64,000 nucleotides of DNA from an uncultured Gammaproteobacteria bacterium (lineage in GTDB: Bacteria > Patescibacteriota > Patescibacteriia > UBA1558 > GWA2-36-10): NCBI GenBank assembly GCA_964633905.1, contig CAZWIT010000005.1, forward strand, positions 26,610 through 90,609, written 5' to 3'. The notes beneath the pieces were generated by a model, which was not told the origin of the DNA, searched no databases, and saw nothing but the letters and a program-made list of their open reading frames with translations. Positions 1-8,653 of this stretch are shown in pieces. A program made the position numbers and the translations under genes. Each line of letters begins with the position of its first letter. Position 1 is the first letter of the stretch.

Positions 1-885
1 AGCATAAAAAGTCAATTCCGGACTAGGCTGAACAAGCGGAACCATTTCCACGAGCACGGGCTTGGTTCTGACAATGCTGCCAGCTTGCCAAGCTTGGAAA
101 ATATAAGTCGTACTTGCCAAAACTTCAACGGAAATAGTGCCGGACAAACCAATATTATTGTTATTAGCATAGCCAGCAATAGTCACGCTATCAGCATTAA
201 CCGAAGACCAACTCAAATCAACCATGGTGCTGGGCGGGGCTTGTACCTGACTAGCCCAAGCATTCAAGCTTACGGTCGGCAGATCTGCCGGATGAACAGA
301 AAAAGCTTCCCGACGTACCAGATATTGATTATCTTCGCCAATCACCGCAAAGCTAACAACAAACTCACCAATATGTTGCGGTTTGTAGGAAAAACTATGC
401 TCACCTGCTTGGACAAAAACGCCAAGCGGTTCGATAATACCAAGCAAAGCATTGCTATTAACATGAACCATAATTTCCTCACCAAGCTGGATATCATAAG
501 GATCAATCTCCAAGCTAGACCAGAGTTCCTCCGGTTCCGGCGGATCAACAGGCAAAGCTTCGAGATTTTCATTAACAGCAATATTGGTATCTCCCAAGGC
601 CAAGCGCAGGCCGTAAGCCTTGCTCTTGTAACCTTCCTGAGAGAAGACAACAGCATATGACTTAGCTTCAAGTTCCAAACCAATGACCGGCGTATGGCCA
701 GCGTAGCTCAGGTTCTTGTCCTGCGACAACTCAAACACCGAAACATCGGCGTCCGGGTTGCAATGAATATCAACGATGGGATTACCAGGAATCGGCGGCA
801 CATAAGGCTGATCGAATTCGCTTTCGCAGCCAACCATGGCAAGCAAAGCCAAGGCCAGCACACCCAACAGGACTCTGTTCTTCAT
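1..885 (-). CDS. Exported lipoprotein with beta-rich (PEGA/Ig-like) modules; truncated by the left window edge
   Basis: Not in the ORF track because it has no stop in the window. Translated by hand from ATG at 885 after SD AAGGAGG: MKNRVLLGVLALALLAMVGC (lipobox-like), then an open frame to base 1. GC-richer than the backbone. Confidence 0.8.
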   Translation of the reverse strand, partial: MKNRVLLGVLALALLAMVGCESEFDQPYVPPIPGNPIVDIHCNPDADVSVFELSQDKNLSYAGHTPVIGLELEAKSYAVVFSQEGYKSKAYGLRLALGDTNIAVNENLEALPVDPPEPEELWSSLEIDPYDIQLGEEIMVHVNSNALLGIIEPLGVFVQAGEHSFSYKPQHIGEFVVSFAVIGEDNQYLVRREAFSVHPADLPTVSLNAWASQVQAPPSTMVDLSWSSVNADSVTIAGYANNNNIGLSGTISVEVLASTTYIFQAWQAGSIVRTKPVLVEMVPLVQPSPELTFYA

Positions 886-897
886 GGTTCCTCCTTG

Positions 898-1914
898 CTA
901 GAAGTAGAGGGTGGCCCCGGCACTTGCCGAGAGTTTGTTGACGCGACCGCTCTGGTAGTGATCCAAGGACTGGAAACCACCGGCAGCATGAATGTCCAAG
1001 TGATTGCAGCGATAGCGCAAGCCCAAATAGGGGCCATAGCCTTGCTGCAAATATTCATTAACGCTATCCACGGACATGCTGGAGTAAAGCAGTCCAGCTG
1101 TAGGGCCAAAGCTCTTGCCCTTAGGAAGCCAAGTTACGGTCCCAGCCAAGAGCTTGTGATTCTTGTCACCAAACTCACTCTTACCGTAGGGCAAGAACCC
1201 ACCGGTAATGGAATACAGCCAATCGTTCTGACGATAGGTCAGACTCAAAGCCGGCACAGCCAAAGGCTCGCCGTGATTGACCATGACTGCTTCCACACCC
1301 ACACCAAGCTGCAGACGATCTTCTTCCTGAATAACTTTGTATTCAGGCGCAGGCTTTTCCTGCAAGTGTCTATCGAAATCATCACGCAAAACCTGAAGAG
1401 AATCAGCAAGAACATTGCTAATATACAAAAGCTGATCAACGTTATCATTTTCTACCAGCTCAAAAGCCTGGTAATAAATAACAATAGAAGGTACGGCCGT
1501 AATATTACTACCAGCGTCCTCTGCAACCAAAGTACTAAGGCCCATTGCTTTCAAAATCCGAACACCGTTTTGAAAACGTCCGGCAAGAGCGGCAGCGTCA
1601 TAGACGCCATTAAGCCTAGCTCTTTCTTGTTGCGAAATATTCTGCAGACGCTGCACGATTTTCCAGCCCTTGGCACTCTTGGTGGCTTTTACCACCATTT
1701 GGCCTTCGCCATTATTGGCGCGCTCGATATAGGGCTGCAAAACTTGCAGCTCAGCGAACTGGCTGACCACAAGAGAGTCAGCTACATCACCGTGCGGCAG
1801 ATAGATCACAACGCTACTCTCGCTTGTGACCTTAACGCTGTAGTTGTGACTTGAGGCAAAAGCCTGACCACACACCAACAACATCAAGACCAACAAACCC
1901 AAATGCTTTTTCAA
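898..1914 (-). CDS. Secreted protein with C-terminal beta-barrel-like region ending in aromatic residues (ATLYF)
   Basis: Track ORF 898..1962. The better start is TTG at 1914 after AAAGGAG, giving signal peptide MKKHLGLLVLMLLVCGQAFA. The C-terminal half has alternating amphipathic strands. Confidence 0.7.
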   Translation of the reverse strand: MKKHLGLLVLMLLVCGQAFASSHNYSVKVTSESSVVIYLPHGDVADSLVVSQFAELQVLQPYIERANNGEGQMVVKATKSAKGWKIVQRLQNISQQERARLNGVYDAAALAGRFQNGVRILKAMGLSTLVAEDAGSNITAVPSIVIYYQAFELVENDNVDQLLYISNVLADSLQVLRDDFDRHLQEKPAPEYKVIQEEDRLQLGVGVEAVMVNHGEPLAVPALSLTYRQNDWLYSITGGFLPYGKSEFGDKNHKLLAGTVTWLPKGKSFGPTAGLLYSSMSVDSVNEYLQQGYGPYLGLRYRCNHLDIHAAGGFQSLDHYQSGRVNKLSASAGATLYF

Positions 1915-2030
1915 GGCAGTCTCCTTTCGTTCCGTTTGACACGTTTCAAGACGCAAACCCAAAAACAGCCAGCTCTATTTGATCCTCTTTTGATCAACGA
2001 GTTGGCTCAAGCGTAGTGTATATTCCACTA

Positions 2031-2095
2031 TCAAAGAACAAATGTATTTTTACAAATAGACCCAATAGTCTAAAACAATTACATAATTATGTCAA
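2031..2095 (-). promoter_or_regulatory. sigma70 promoter plus boxA-like motif
   Basis: TTGACA(2095-2090)-17 nt-TAGACT, then GTTCTTTGA at 2039-2031. Confidence 0.7.
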
Positions 2096-2117
2096 GATTT
2101 GATTATCAATAATAACC

Positions 2118-2144
2118 AAAAAAGAGCAGCAACTGCTCTCTTTT
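2118..2144. terminator. Intrinsic terminator
   Basis: GAGCAG-caa-CTGCTC hairpin with A and T tracts on both sides. Confidence 0.65.
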
Positions 2145-2173
2145 AATTTTAAACATAGATATTAATAAAGCCC

Positions 2174-2407
2174 TTAAACTACTTGTTTAGATTTTTTAAG
2201 TAAAATAATGCTTAACACAAAGGCTAAAGTAAAAAATATAGCCCCATAAAAACATGGTGTTAAAAATGGATTATTAATACCTGGAACACAGCCTAAAGGA
2301 TTGGCTTTATTATTAAGCCAATTTTTTAACTCATAGCCAAAGTTGCCCCAAGCAAACAAAGTGCCTAAAAGTAAAACATAAAATTGAATAGTGATAAATT
2401 TTTTCAT
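2174..2407 (-). CDS. Small two-TM membrane protein with two loop cysteines
   Basis: Two hydrophobic segments and LGC...PFLTPCFYG. Lies directly downstream of trmD. Confidence 0.7.
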   Translation of the reverse strand: MKKFITIQFYVLLLGTLFAWGNFGYELKNWLNNKANPLGCVPGINNPFLTPCFYGAIFFTLAFVLSIILLKKSKQVV

Positions 2408-2423
2408 AAATTTATATTAAAAT

Positions 2424-3092
2424 TTAAATTCGATATTTAGTTTGTTTGTCTCGCCACTCTTTTATTAACTGATGATTACCAGAAAGCAAAACTTTAGGAA
2501 CCTTTAATCCTTTAAATTCTACTGGCCGAGTATATTGAGGAAATTCAATATTAAATTTTTTATTCTGCTTGCTAAAATTAGAAAAAGATTCTTCTAAGAC
2601 CGATGCTTCTTTACCAACTACGCCTGGCACTAACCTGGCTACACTATCAACCACACAAGCAGCGGCTAGTTCGCCACCAGTTAAAATAAAATTACCTAAA
2701 GAAATTTTTTCATCAATAAATTTATCAATGCGCGCATCAATTGCTTCATAGTGTCCAGCAATTAAAATAAGTCTTTTGTATTTGGCTAGTTGTCTTACTT
2801 TATTTTGATCTAAAGTTTTCCCGCGGGGTGAAAGTAAAATAACTCTAGTATTTTTATTTTTTTGTTTATATATTTTTTTTAAAGTTTTATAAACCGGTTC
2901 AATTTTTAAAACCATACCTGGTCCACCACCATAAGGCGTATCATCAACGGTTTTTCTTTTGTCTGTAGTTTGCTCCCTAATATCAAAAGTATTGATACTA
3001 ATCAATTTTTTATCTTGCGCTCTTTTAATAATTGAAGAATTAAAATAGCTACTTAAACTGTCTGGGAAAATTGTTAAAATATCAAAACGCAT
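2424..3092 (-). CDS. trmD: tRNA (guanine37-N1)-methyltransferase
   Basis: MRFDILTIFP, VDDTPYGGGPGMV, GHYEAID, LTGGEL, PQYTRP motifs. Confidence 0.98.
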   Translation of the reverse strand: MRFDILTIFPDSLSSYFNSSIIKRAQDKKLISINTFDIREQTTDKRKTVDDTPYGGGPGMVLKIEPVYKTLKKIYKQKNKNTRVILLSPRGKTLDQNKVRQLAKYKRLILIAGHYEAIDARIDKFIDEKISLGNFILTGGELAAACVVDSVARLVPGVVGKEASVLEESFSNFSKQNKKFNIEFPQYTRPVEFKGLKVPKVLLSGNHQLIKEWRDKQTKYRI

Positions 3093-3093
3093 A

Positions 3094-3525
3094 TTATTTT
3101 ATATTATTTAAATCACCGTTCAAAACTACCGGCTGCATAGCTATTATTTCGTCACTATAATTTAGCTCTGGGATAGGATTAAGTAAAAATATTTTTTTAT
3201 TTAAAATAAAAGCAAAACCAATCTCTAAAAATACATTACCGCCAATATAATTTTTTATACCTTTTTTCTCATAATTTAAAACTAAAATCGCTTCTGATCT
3301 TTCTATTTTTTTATAATGCCTAATAATAGCATTATTTTTTATAACTCTATCTGCAGCTGAGCTGGATTCTTTTTCTTTTTTAATATCAAATACATCAATC
3401 TGCCCAGATAAAATCTGCTCAGCCGTAGACGGCACAAAAACTTCGTGCCCTAACTCTCTTAATTTTTCCGCCACTTCGCCTATTTCTTTAGAAAAGTACA
3501 GACTACTACAAATAGTTATTATCAT
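3094..3525 (-). CDS. Nucleoside 2-deoxyribosyltransferase-like protein
   Basis: IITICSS...GHEVFVP...SEAILVLN...YIGGNVFLEIGFAFILNKKIFLL pattern. Confidence 0.65.
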   Translation of the reverse strand: MIITICSSLYFSKEIGEVAEKLRELGHEVFVPSTAEQILSGQIDVFDIKKEKESSSAADRVIKNNAIIRHYKKIERSEAILVLNYEKKGIKNYIGGNVFLEIGFAFILNKKIFLLNPIPELNYSDEIIAMQPVVLNGDLNNIK

Positions 3526-3660
3526 GGATTAAAGATACTACAAAATTAAGAAAAAACCAAATATTTTAAAAGATTATTGACTTTCTTAAAAAAATATTAT
3601 TAAATACATTTTTGCACCTTTAAATCACCCATAAAATCCCTCAAACAAAGGAGTTAGTTT

Positions 3661-4008
3661 GTGATAAATTTTAGTCGCCTAGTTGACTTAAGGCCTGGTA
3701 AATTATTTTTTTTAACAGCTGAAATGGTTGCACAGCTGCAAGAATCTAAAAACTACGGCCTATTTTCCGAAGCTTTACCGATGGTACTAGTGTTAAACAC
3801 TTTGAAAAAAAGCTACCCGCAAACACTTGTCATCTTACCAAAAGAAAAAAAAGATCGTGGCATTCATTTATTCTTACCAAAATGTAAAGCCTATACAACG
3901 CTGATTATCATTTGGCAAGAAGGCAACAATGCTGCTGCTATTACAACAAGCTCTTATTTTGAACTAGTGGCCAATAAAAAAATCAAAGCATTGCCAATAC
4001 CAAGGTGA
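3661..4008 (+). CDS. Hypothetical protein (stand-alone cassette inserted antisense between khpA and trmD)
   Basis: AAAGGAG SD before GTG, TTGACT at 3577, boxA-like GCACCTTTAAA at 3614, own terminator. Confidence 0.7.
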   Translation: MINFSRLVDLRPGKLFFLTAEMVAQLQESKNYGLFSEALPMVLVLNTLKKSYPQTLVILPKEKKDRGIHLFLPKCKAYTTLIIIWQEGNNAAAITTSSYFELVANKKIKALPIPR

Positions 4009-4030
4009 TTATAAACCAAGCTTAAATCCG

Positions 4031-4098
4031 GCACCAGATAAATACTCTGGTGCTATTTTTTATAAAAAAACAAAAGACCGCTAGTTGCGGTCTTTTGT
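4031..4098. terminator. Back-to-back intrinsic terminators
   Basis: GCACCAGA...TCTGGTGC followed by T tract (+), and CAAAAGACCGC...GCGGTCTTTTG with upstream A tract (-). Confidence 0.8.
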
Positions 4099-4115
4099 GT
4101 GATTTATAAAATAAC

Positions 4116-4421
4116 TTATAGTTTTAAATCATCTACTTCTTCGGCACGGGGTTCGCGATGCTGTTGTGGGCGACCTTCTTTATTTGGTTCGTAAACTTTT
4201 AAGTTTACATAGGAATTATTCCTGTTGCCAATGATACGCAATAAGGTGCGTAAAGCCCTAGCAGTTTGGCCCTGTTTGCCAATAATCTTACCCATTTCTT
4301 CTGGATTGACTTTTAAAGTCAAAAGAACACCTCTTTCGTCAATAACCCGTTCAACAACGACGTCTTCTGGTTTATCGACCAAAGCTTTAACAATAGTTTC
4401 TAAAAATTCTTTGTCCTGCAT
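4116..4421 (-). CDS. khpA: KH-domain RNA-binding protein KhpA
   Basis: MGKIIGKQGQTARALR KH motif; follows rpsP. Confidence 0.92.
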   Translation of the reverse strand: MQDKEFLETIVKALVDKPEDVVVERVIDERGVLLTLKVNPEEMGKIIGKQGQTARALRTLLRIIGNRNNSYVNLKVYEPNKEGRPQQHREPRAEEVDDLKL

Positions 4422-4510
4422 TTTTTTAAATTAATGATCTTATTAACTGCTGTTATCCTGATTTTAGAATAACTTTGAAATTATAAAATATTTTTTTAAA
4501 AAGGTCAAAT

Positions 4511-4861
4511 TTAAGCTGGATTTTCAACTGGAGCAGCTTTGGCAGCTTCGGCTTTTGCACTAGCAGCTTTGGCGGCAATTTTTACACTACGCTTTTTACT
4601 GATCGCTACAGCTTTAACCTTTTTTTCAGTAATTATTTTTTCTTTTACCAAAAGATTATGCATAGTAGCTGAAGTAGTAGCTCCGACTGAAAGCCAATAT
4701 TTTATCCGTTCTACCTTTAAATTGGCCACTTTGGTGTGTGGATTATAACTACCTAAAGATTCTAAATGATCACCGTACATATCACGGGTCTTATCAGAAA
4801 TCATCACACGATATAATGGCTGTCCTTTGCGACCAACTCTTTTTAATCTGATTGCTAACAT
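4511..4861 (-). CDS. rpsP: 30S ribosomal protein S16
   Basis: MLAIRLKRVGRKGQPLYRV...LGSYNP...YWLSVGA. Confidence 0.98.
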   Translation of the reverse strand: MLAIRLKRVGRKGQPLYRVMISDKTRDMYGDHLESLGSYNPHTKVANLKVERIKYWLSVGATTSATMHNLLVKEKIITEKKVKAVAISKKRSVKIAAKAASAKAEAAKAAPVENPA

Positions 4862-4993
4862 CTTTGTCTATACAAAAAAATTAATTAAATAAGTGTCCCC
4901 AATATTACTATATTTAGATGATATTGTCAACCTAAACATTAACTTAAAATAAAAAGGGGCTTTATCTAGCCCCAAAATACTAATTTATCAGTA

Positions 4994-5410
4994 TTAAGAC
5001 CTGATAAAACAAGTGCCCTTGCGAGTTGGCACTTCTTCCAGTTTACCGTCATCTACTAGTATAAACAAAGCCTTCTTTATCAGTGCACGTGAATATCTTT
5101 TGCCCAATTTATAATAAACATCATCAGGCGAAAATTTACACTTAGGACGGAATTCCTGAGCAGCCTGATCAACGGTAATTAAAACATATTCGTGTACCGC
5201 TTCTTGGGCTGGTGGCGGATTCTTACCATTATAGTTATCAAACTTAGGCAAATTAACTTGTGACCGAATCTTAGCAACGCGCTTACGATAATCTCTTTCC
5301 AAGAAAAAAATCAAAGCAATAAAAAATAATAAACTAATAACTACGCCGACGGCAACCTCCTTATCAATTATTACCGTCTTCCCTCCGCTTAACAAAGCAA
5401 AAAATAACAT
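4994..5410 (-). CDS. Membrane-anchored protein with possible C-terminal winged-helix (cassette)
   Basis: SD AAGGAGG, promoter TTGACA-17-TAATCT (5497-5469), terminator at 4956-4973. One TM helix, then YSRALIKKALFILVDDGKLEE. Confidence 0.7.
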   Translation of the reverse strand: MLFFALLSGGKTVIIDKEVAVGVVISLLFFIALIFFLERDYRKRVAKIRSQVNLPKFDNYNGKNPPPAQEAVHEYVLITVDQAAQEFRPKCKFSPDDVYYKLGKRYSRALIKKALFILVDDGKLEEVPTRKGTCFIRS

Positions 5411-5508
5411 CTTGCCTGCCTCCTTGTGTGTGAGTGAACAAAACCGGCCTAGTGCCGTGAACTAGCTTAGATTAACGCTTATTTTTTTGAGTGTCAATAA
5501 TCTAAAAT

Positions 5509-8082
5509 TTAAGCGGCTATTTTATCAGCTTCATCAAAATTAACCGATAACAATTTGGAAACACTGTCATCACCCATGGTAACACCGTAAATAATCCTAG
5601 ATTGTTGCATGGTAGCGCGGTTATGAGTAATAGCAATAAATTGAGTTTTATTAGATAGCTCGGCTAAAATTTGACTAAACCTAACTGAGTTAGCTTCATC
5701 TAAAGCAGCATCCACTTCATCTAAAACTACAAAAGGCGATGGATTATTAGCAATAATAGCACAGATCAAAGCAATAGAAGTTAAAGCTTTTTCACCGCCT
5801 GATAACATATTAATACTAGATAAACGCTTACCCGGAGGCGTTGCTTTTATTTCAATACCATATTGTTTTCTAATTGCTGAATTACTATTTTTTTCTTGTG
5901 CCTCTGTCTCACCATTTTCTATTTCAATAGATTCATCTTTTACTTCTCTAATATCTAAAATTAATTCTGCCTTACCACCATTAAATAATTTTTTAAAATA
6001 AGTATCAAATAATTTATTTATATTATGAAAGGCCTGATCAAACTGCTCAGCAATGGCTTCATCTAAATCTTTGATAATTTTCTCTAAATGTTCAATGGCC
6101 TGTTCCAAATCTTTGCTTTGCTCGCTCAAAAAAGTAAAACGATCATTGACCTGAGTAAATTCAGAAGCAACCGTTGGATCAATACCACCAATAATCTGTA
6201 ATTGATTTTTTAAATTATTAATTTGTTGACGCACGCTATCAGCTTCTAAATCTTTGACAACTTGCACTTTAAGCTCTGGCATTTCCTCAGCAATTTCTGC
6301 TAGCAAATCTTCTTGCTTAGTTTCCAATTTAGCTAAAATTATTTTTACTTCATTTAAATGGGCATTTTTACTATTAAATTCTTGCTGAATATCGCGGAAA
6401 CTTTTTTGTGATTGCAATAAAGCTGAGCGTTTAGCCTCTTCTTCAGCATTAAAATTTTTAATCTGCTCTTCAATTTTAGCGATTACTAAAGACTGTTGAT
6501 TTATTTTATGATTAATATTATTTAGCTGTTCTTGCAATAATTTATTGTCAACTGATTTTTCTAAAATTAATTTACGATCATGTTCTAATTTTAATAATTC
6601 ATCTTTAATTGAGATAATTAGTTCTTCTGATTGTTTGATATTTTGATTAAAGCCAGACAAAGCCGCCCGAGCTTCGGCGATTTCTCCTACCAAAGTGTCC
6701 TTGTGTGTTAATAATTTATTAAAATCTTGTTGCCAATTTCCTTGCGAAATATCACTAGCTTGCTGCAAACGTTCGCCTAAATTTCTTAAACTCTTACTGA
6801 CCTGCTGACAAGTATGCTTTAAACTACTTAGCTCTTCTAGGCTTTCCATTTTATCTAAAGAGTCTTGCAAAGTCTGCTGATCATGAATAATACCCTCTAG
6901 TTCTTTAGCAATCTTAGCTGGAGACCAATTACCCTGCTGGTTGGACATTATCAATTTTTCCAATTTCTGAAAATCTTCGACTACCCGAGTCTGATTTTTT
7001 TCTAAAGTAACAAGTTCATCTTTTGCTTGTTGAGCCTGATGACGTTGGCTTTCTAATTTTAAATTAGCCTTATTTAATTGATTTTCTAAATCAGATACTC
7101 TTTTCTTTAACCAAACAATATCTGCTTGTCCACTAGCAAGCAATTTCAAATCCGACTGTCCTTCTAAAATTGTTTTATCTTTTAATAAAACATTGAGCTC
7201 GGCCTGTTCTTGGCTTAAGCTTTTTTGCAAAATTTCAAAATTATTCTGACGAGTGTTGGCCTTTGCTTCTTTATCTAAAGAGGTTTGTAAATCTACCAAC
7301 TGCTGATTCAATTCGGCTACTTGCGTTTGCCAAACATGATAATTGCTTCTGGCTTCTTTTAATTCTTTTTCTAAATTATTCTTCAAAAAATTATAATATT
7401 GCGTTTGCAATTCCTGTAATTCAAAAGTTATTTTTTCTCTTTTTTCTAAACGCCTTACCTGCCTAGTCAGACTGCGCAAATGTGGTTCTAATTCTAAAAT
7501 AATTTGCCTTGTTTGTTCTAAATTTTCCTTAGCACCATCTAGTTTAGAAATAGCCTGCTCTTTTTTGATTTGAAACTGACGTACGCCAGTTGCCTCATCG
7601 AAAAATTCTTTACGCTCAGCAGCTGATGATATTAAAATAGAATCAACTGTGCCCTGGCCGATTACGCTATAGGTTTTTTGACCAAAATTAGCTTTAGCCA
7701 AAAGCAATTGCACGTCTAATAATCTAACTTTATTGTTATTGATTAAATATTCTGAGCTAGCATCCCTATCTACCCGACGCGTAATAACTATTTGATCATA
7801 GTCTACGTCAGCTGATTTATCACTATTATTTAAATATAGACTTACTTCGGCAAATCCTAAGCGACTTTTTTTATCAGAGCCAACAAAAATAACATCTTCC
7901 GCTTTTTTGCCACGCAAAGTCTTACTACTCTGCTCACCCAAAACCCAACGCACTGCGTCAGCAATATTTGATTTGCCAGAACCATTAGGACCAACGATAG
8001 CCGTAAGCTCTCGATTAAAAACTAACTGACTATGCCTAGCAAAAGATTTAAAGCCTTGAATTTCTAATTTTTCTAAATACAT
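5509..8082 (-). CDS. smc: SMC-family chromosome partition ATPase (short, 857 aa)
   Basis: GPNGSGKSN Walker A, LSGGEK signature, LDEVDAALD Walker B, long coiled coil. Confidence 0.93.
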   Translation of the reverse strand: MYLEKLEIQGFKSFARHSQLVFNRELTAIVGPNGSGKSNIADAVRWVLGEQSSKTLRGKKAEDVIFVGSDKKSRLGFAEVSLYLNNSDKSADVDYDQIVITRRVDRDASSEYLINNNKVRLLDVQLLLAKANFGQKTYSVIGQGTVDSILISSAAERKEFFDEATGVRQFQIKKEQAISKLDGAKENLEQTRQIILELEPHLRSLTRQVRRLEKREKITFELQELQTQYYNFLKNNLEKELKEARSNYHVWQTQVAELNQQLVDLQTSLDKEAKANTRQNNFEILQKSLSQEQAELNVLLKDKTILEGQSDLKLLASGQADIVWLKKRVSDLENQLNKANLKLESQRHQAQQAKDELVTLEKNQTRVVEDFQKLEKLIMSNQQGNWSPAKIAKELEGIIHDQQTLQDSLDKMESLEELSSLKHTCQQVSKSLRNLGERLQQASDISQGNWQQDFNKLLTHKDTLVGEIAEARAALSGFNQNIKQSEELIISIKDELLKLEHDRKLILEKSVDNKLLQEQLNNINHKINQQSLVIAKIEEQIKNFNAEEEAKRSALLQSQKSFRDIQQEFNSKNAHLNEVKIILAKLETKQEDLLAEIAEEMPELKVQVVKDLEADSVRQQINNLKNQLQIIGGIDPTVASEFTQVNDRFTFLSEQSKDLEQAIEHLEKIIKDLDEAIAEQFDQAFHNINKLFDTYFKKLFNGGKAELILDIREVKDESIEIENGETEAQEKNSNSAIRKQYGIEIKATPPGKRLSSINMLSGGEKALTSIALICAIIANNPSPFVVLDEVDAALDEANSVRFSQILAELSNKTQFIAITHNRATMQQSRIIYGVTMGDDSVSKLLSVNFDEADKIAA

Positions 8083-8147
8083 AAATAAAAAATAAACGCT
8101 ACTTTAAGCGCTCTTATTTTAACATATTTTGCCTGCTTTGATAAATT

Positions 8148-8340
8148 AAAAACCTGTTGCTTAAAACGCAACAGGTCGGATAATAAGGCGCCGCCTCGTG
8201 TGTAACTCACAGGCACATGGCCTACGCTCCATTGTCATGGTTCGTGTCGAAACACGTACCGGAGTCAACAGCGTCAAGTCAGCTGTCTAGGTTTCACACT
8301 TAGCGGCGCCCATAGACTTAAAGAAGAACAATCAAAGTAT
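8148..8340 (-). ncRNA. Candidate structured ncRNA 'a' (core 8187-8310, four-way junction)
   Basis: Own promoter TTGACA-17-TAGTGT (8374-8346) and terminator ACCTGTTGC/GCAACAGGT (8148-8176). Closing stem GGCGCCGC/GCGGCGCC, internal hairpins including CGUGU-UUCG-ACACG. No credible ORF. Confidence 0.7.
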
Positions 8341-8394
8341 CATATACACTAACAAAAAATCTAAAATATGTCAAGATTAGCTACAAAAAACAAT

Positions 8395-8570
8395 AAAAAA
8401 AGAGTCGATCCGTAGATCGACTCACAAAATGGCGGCGGGTCTGCGAATGAGATAGGCTAGGGTTAAGGTGACGTGCACACTGTTAGGAGGCAATAGAGAT
8501 CAACTCGATTGAAAAACTGGCCTAGCCATCAAGGTTCCGCAGAACCCGCCAACGAACTTGTTTACATTAA
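8395..8570 (-). ncRNA. Candidate structured ncRNA 'b' (core 8434-8550, long closing stem)
   Basis: Own promoter TTGACA-18-TATAAT (8601-8572) and terminator GAGTCGATC-UACG-GATCGACTC plus U tract. About 30-nt arms GGCGGGUUCUGCG...GGCUAGG / CCUAGCC...CGCAGACCCGCC. No credible ORF. Confidence 0.7.
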
Positions 8571-8653
8571 TATTATATATTACTAAATTTATTTTTGTCA
8601 AGAAAATAAAAAACCAAGCCTTATGCCTGGTTTATATATTATTATTTTTTATA

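Noticed and set aside
85-1854. Long plus-strand ORFs 85..660 and 694..1854, and minus ORF 342..683
   Set aside because: These are antisense or off-frame shadows of two GC-rich minus-strand genes that have SD sites and signal peptides.
8159-8313. Micro-ORFs within ncRNA 'a' (8, 25 and 3 codons)
   Set aside because: The two longer ones lack an SD, the 25-codon one runs into the terminator, and the RNA structure explains the sequence better.
8148-8570. SRP RNA (ffs), 5S rRNA or tRNA identity for units a and b
   Set aside because: No SRP domain IV CAGG/GGAA/AGCA motif, no 5S loop C context and no tRNA T/D loops. 6S cannot be excluded without a covariance search.
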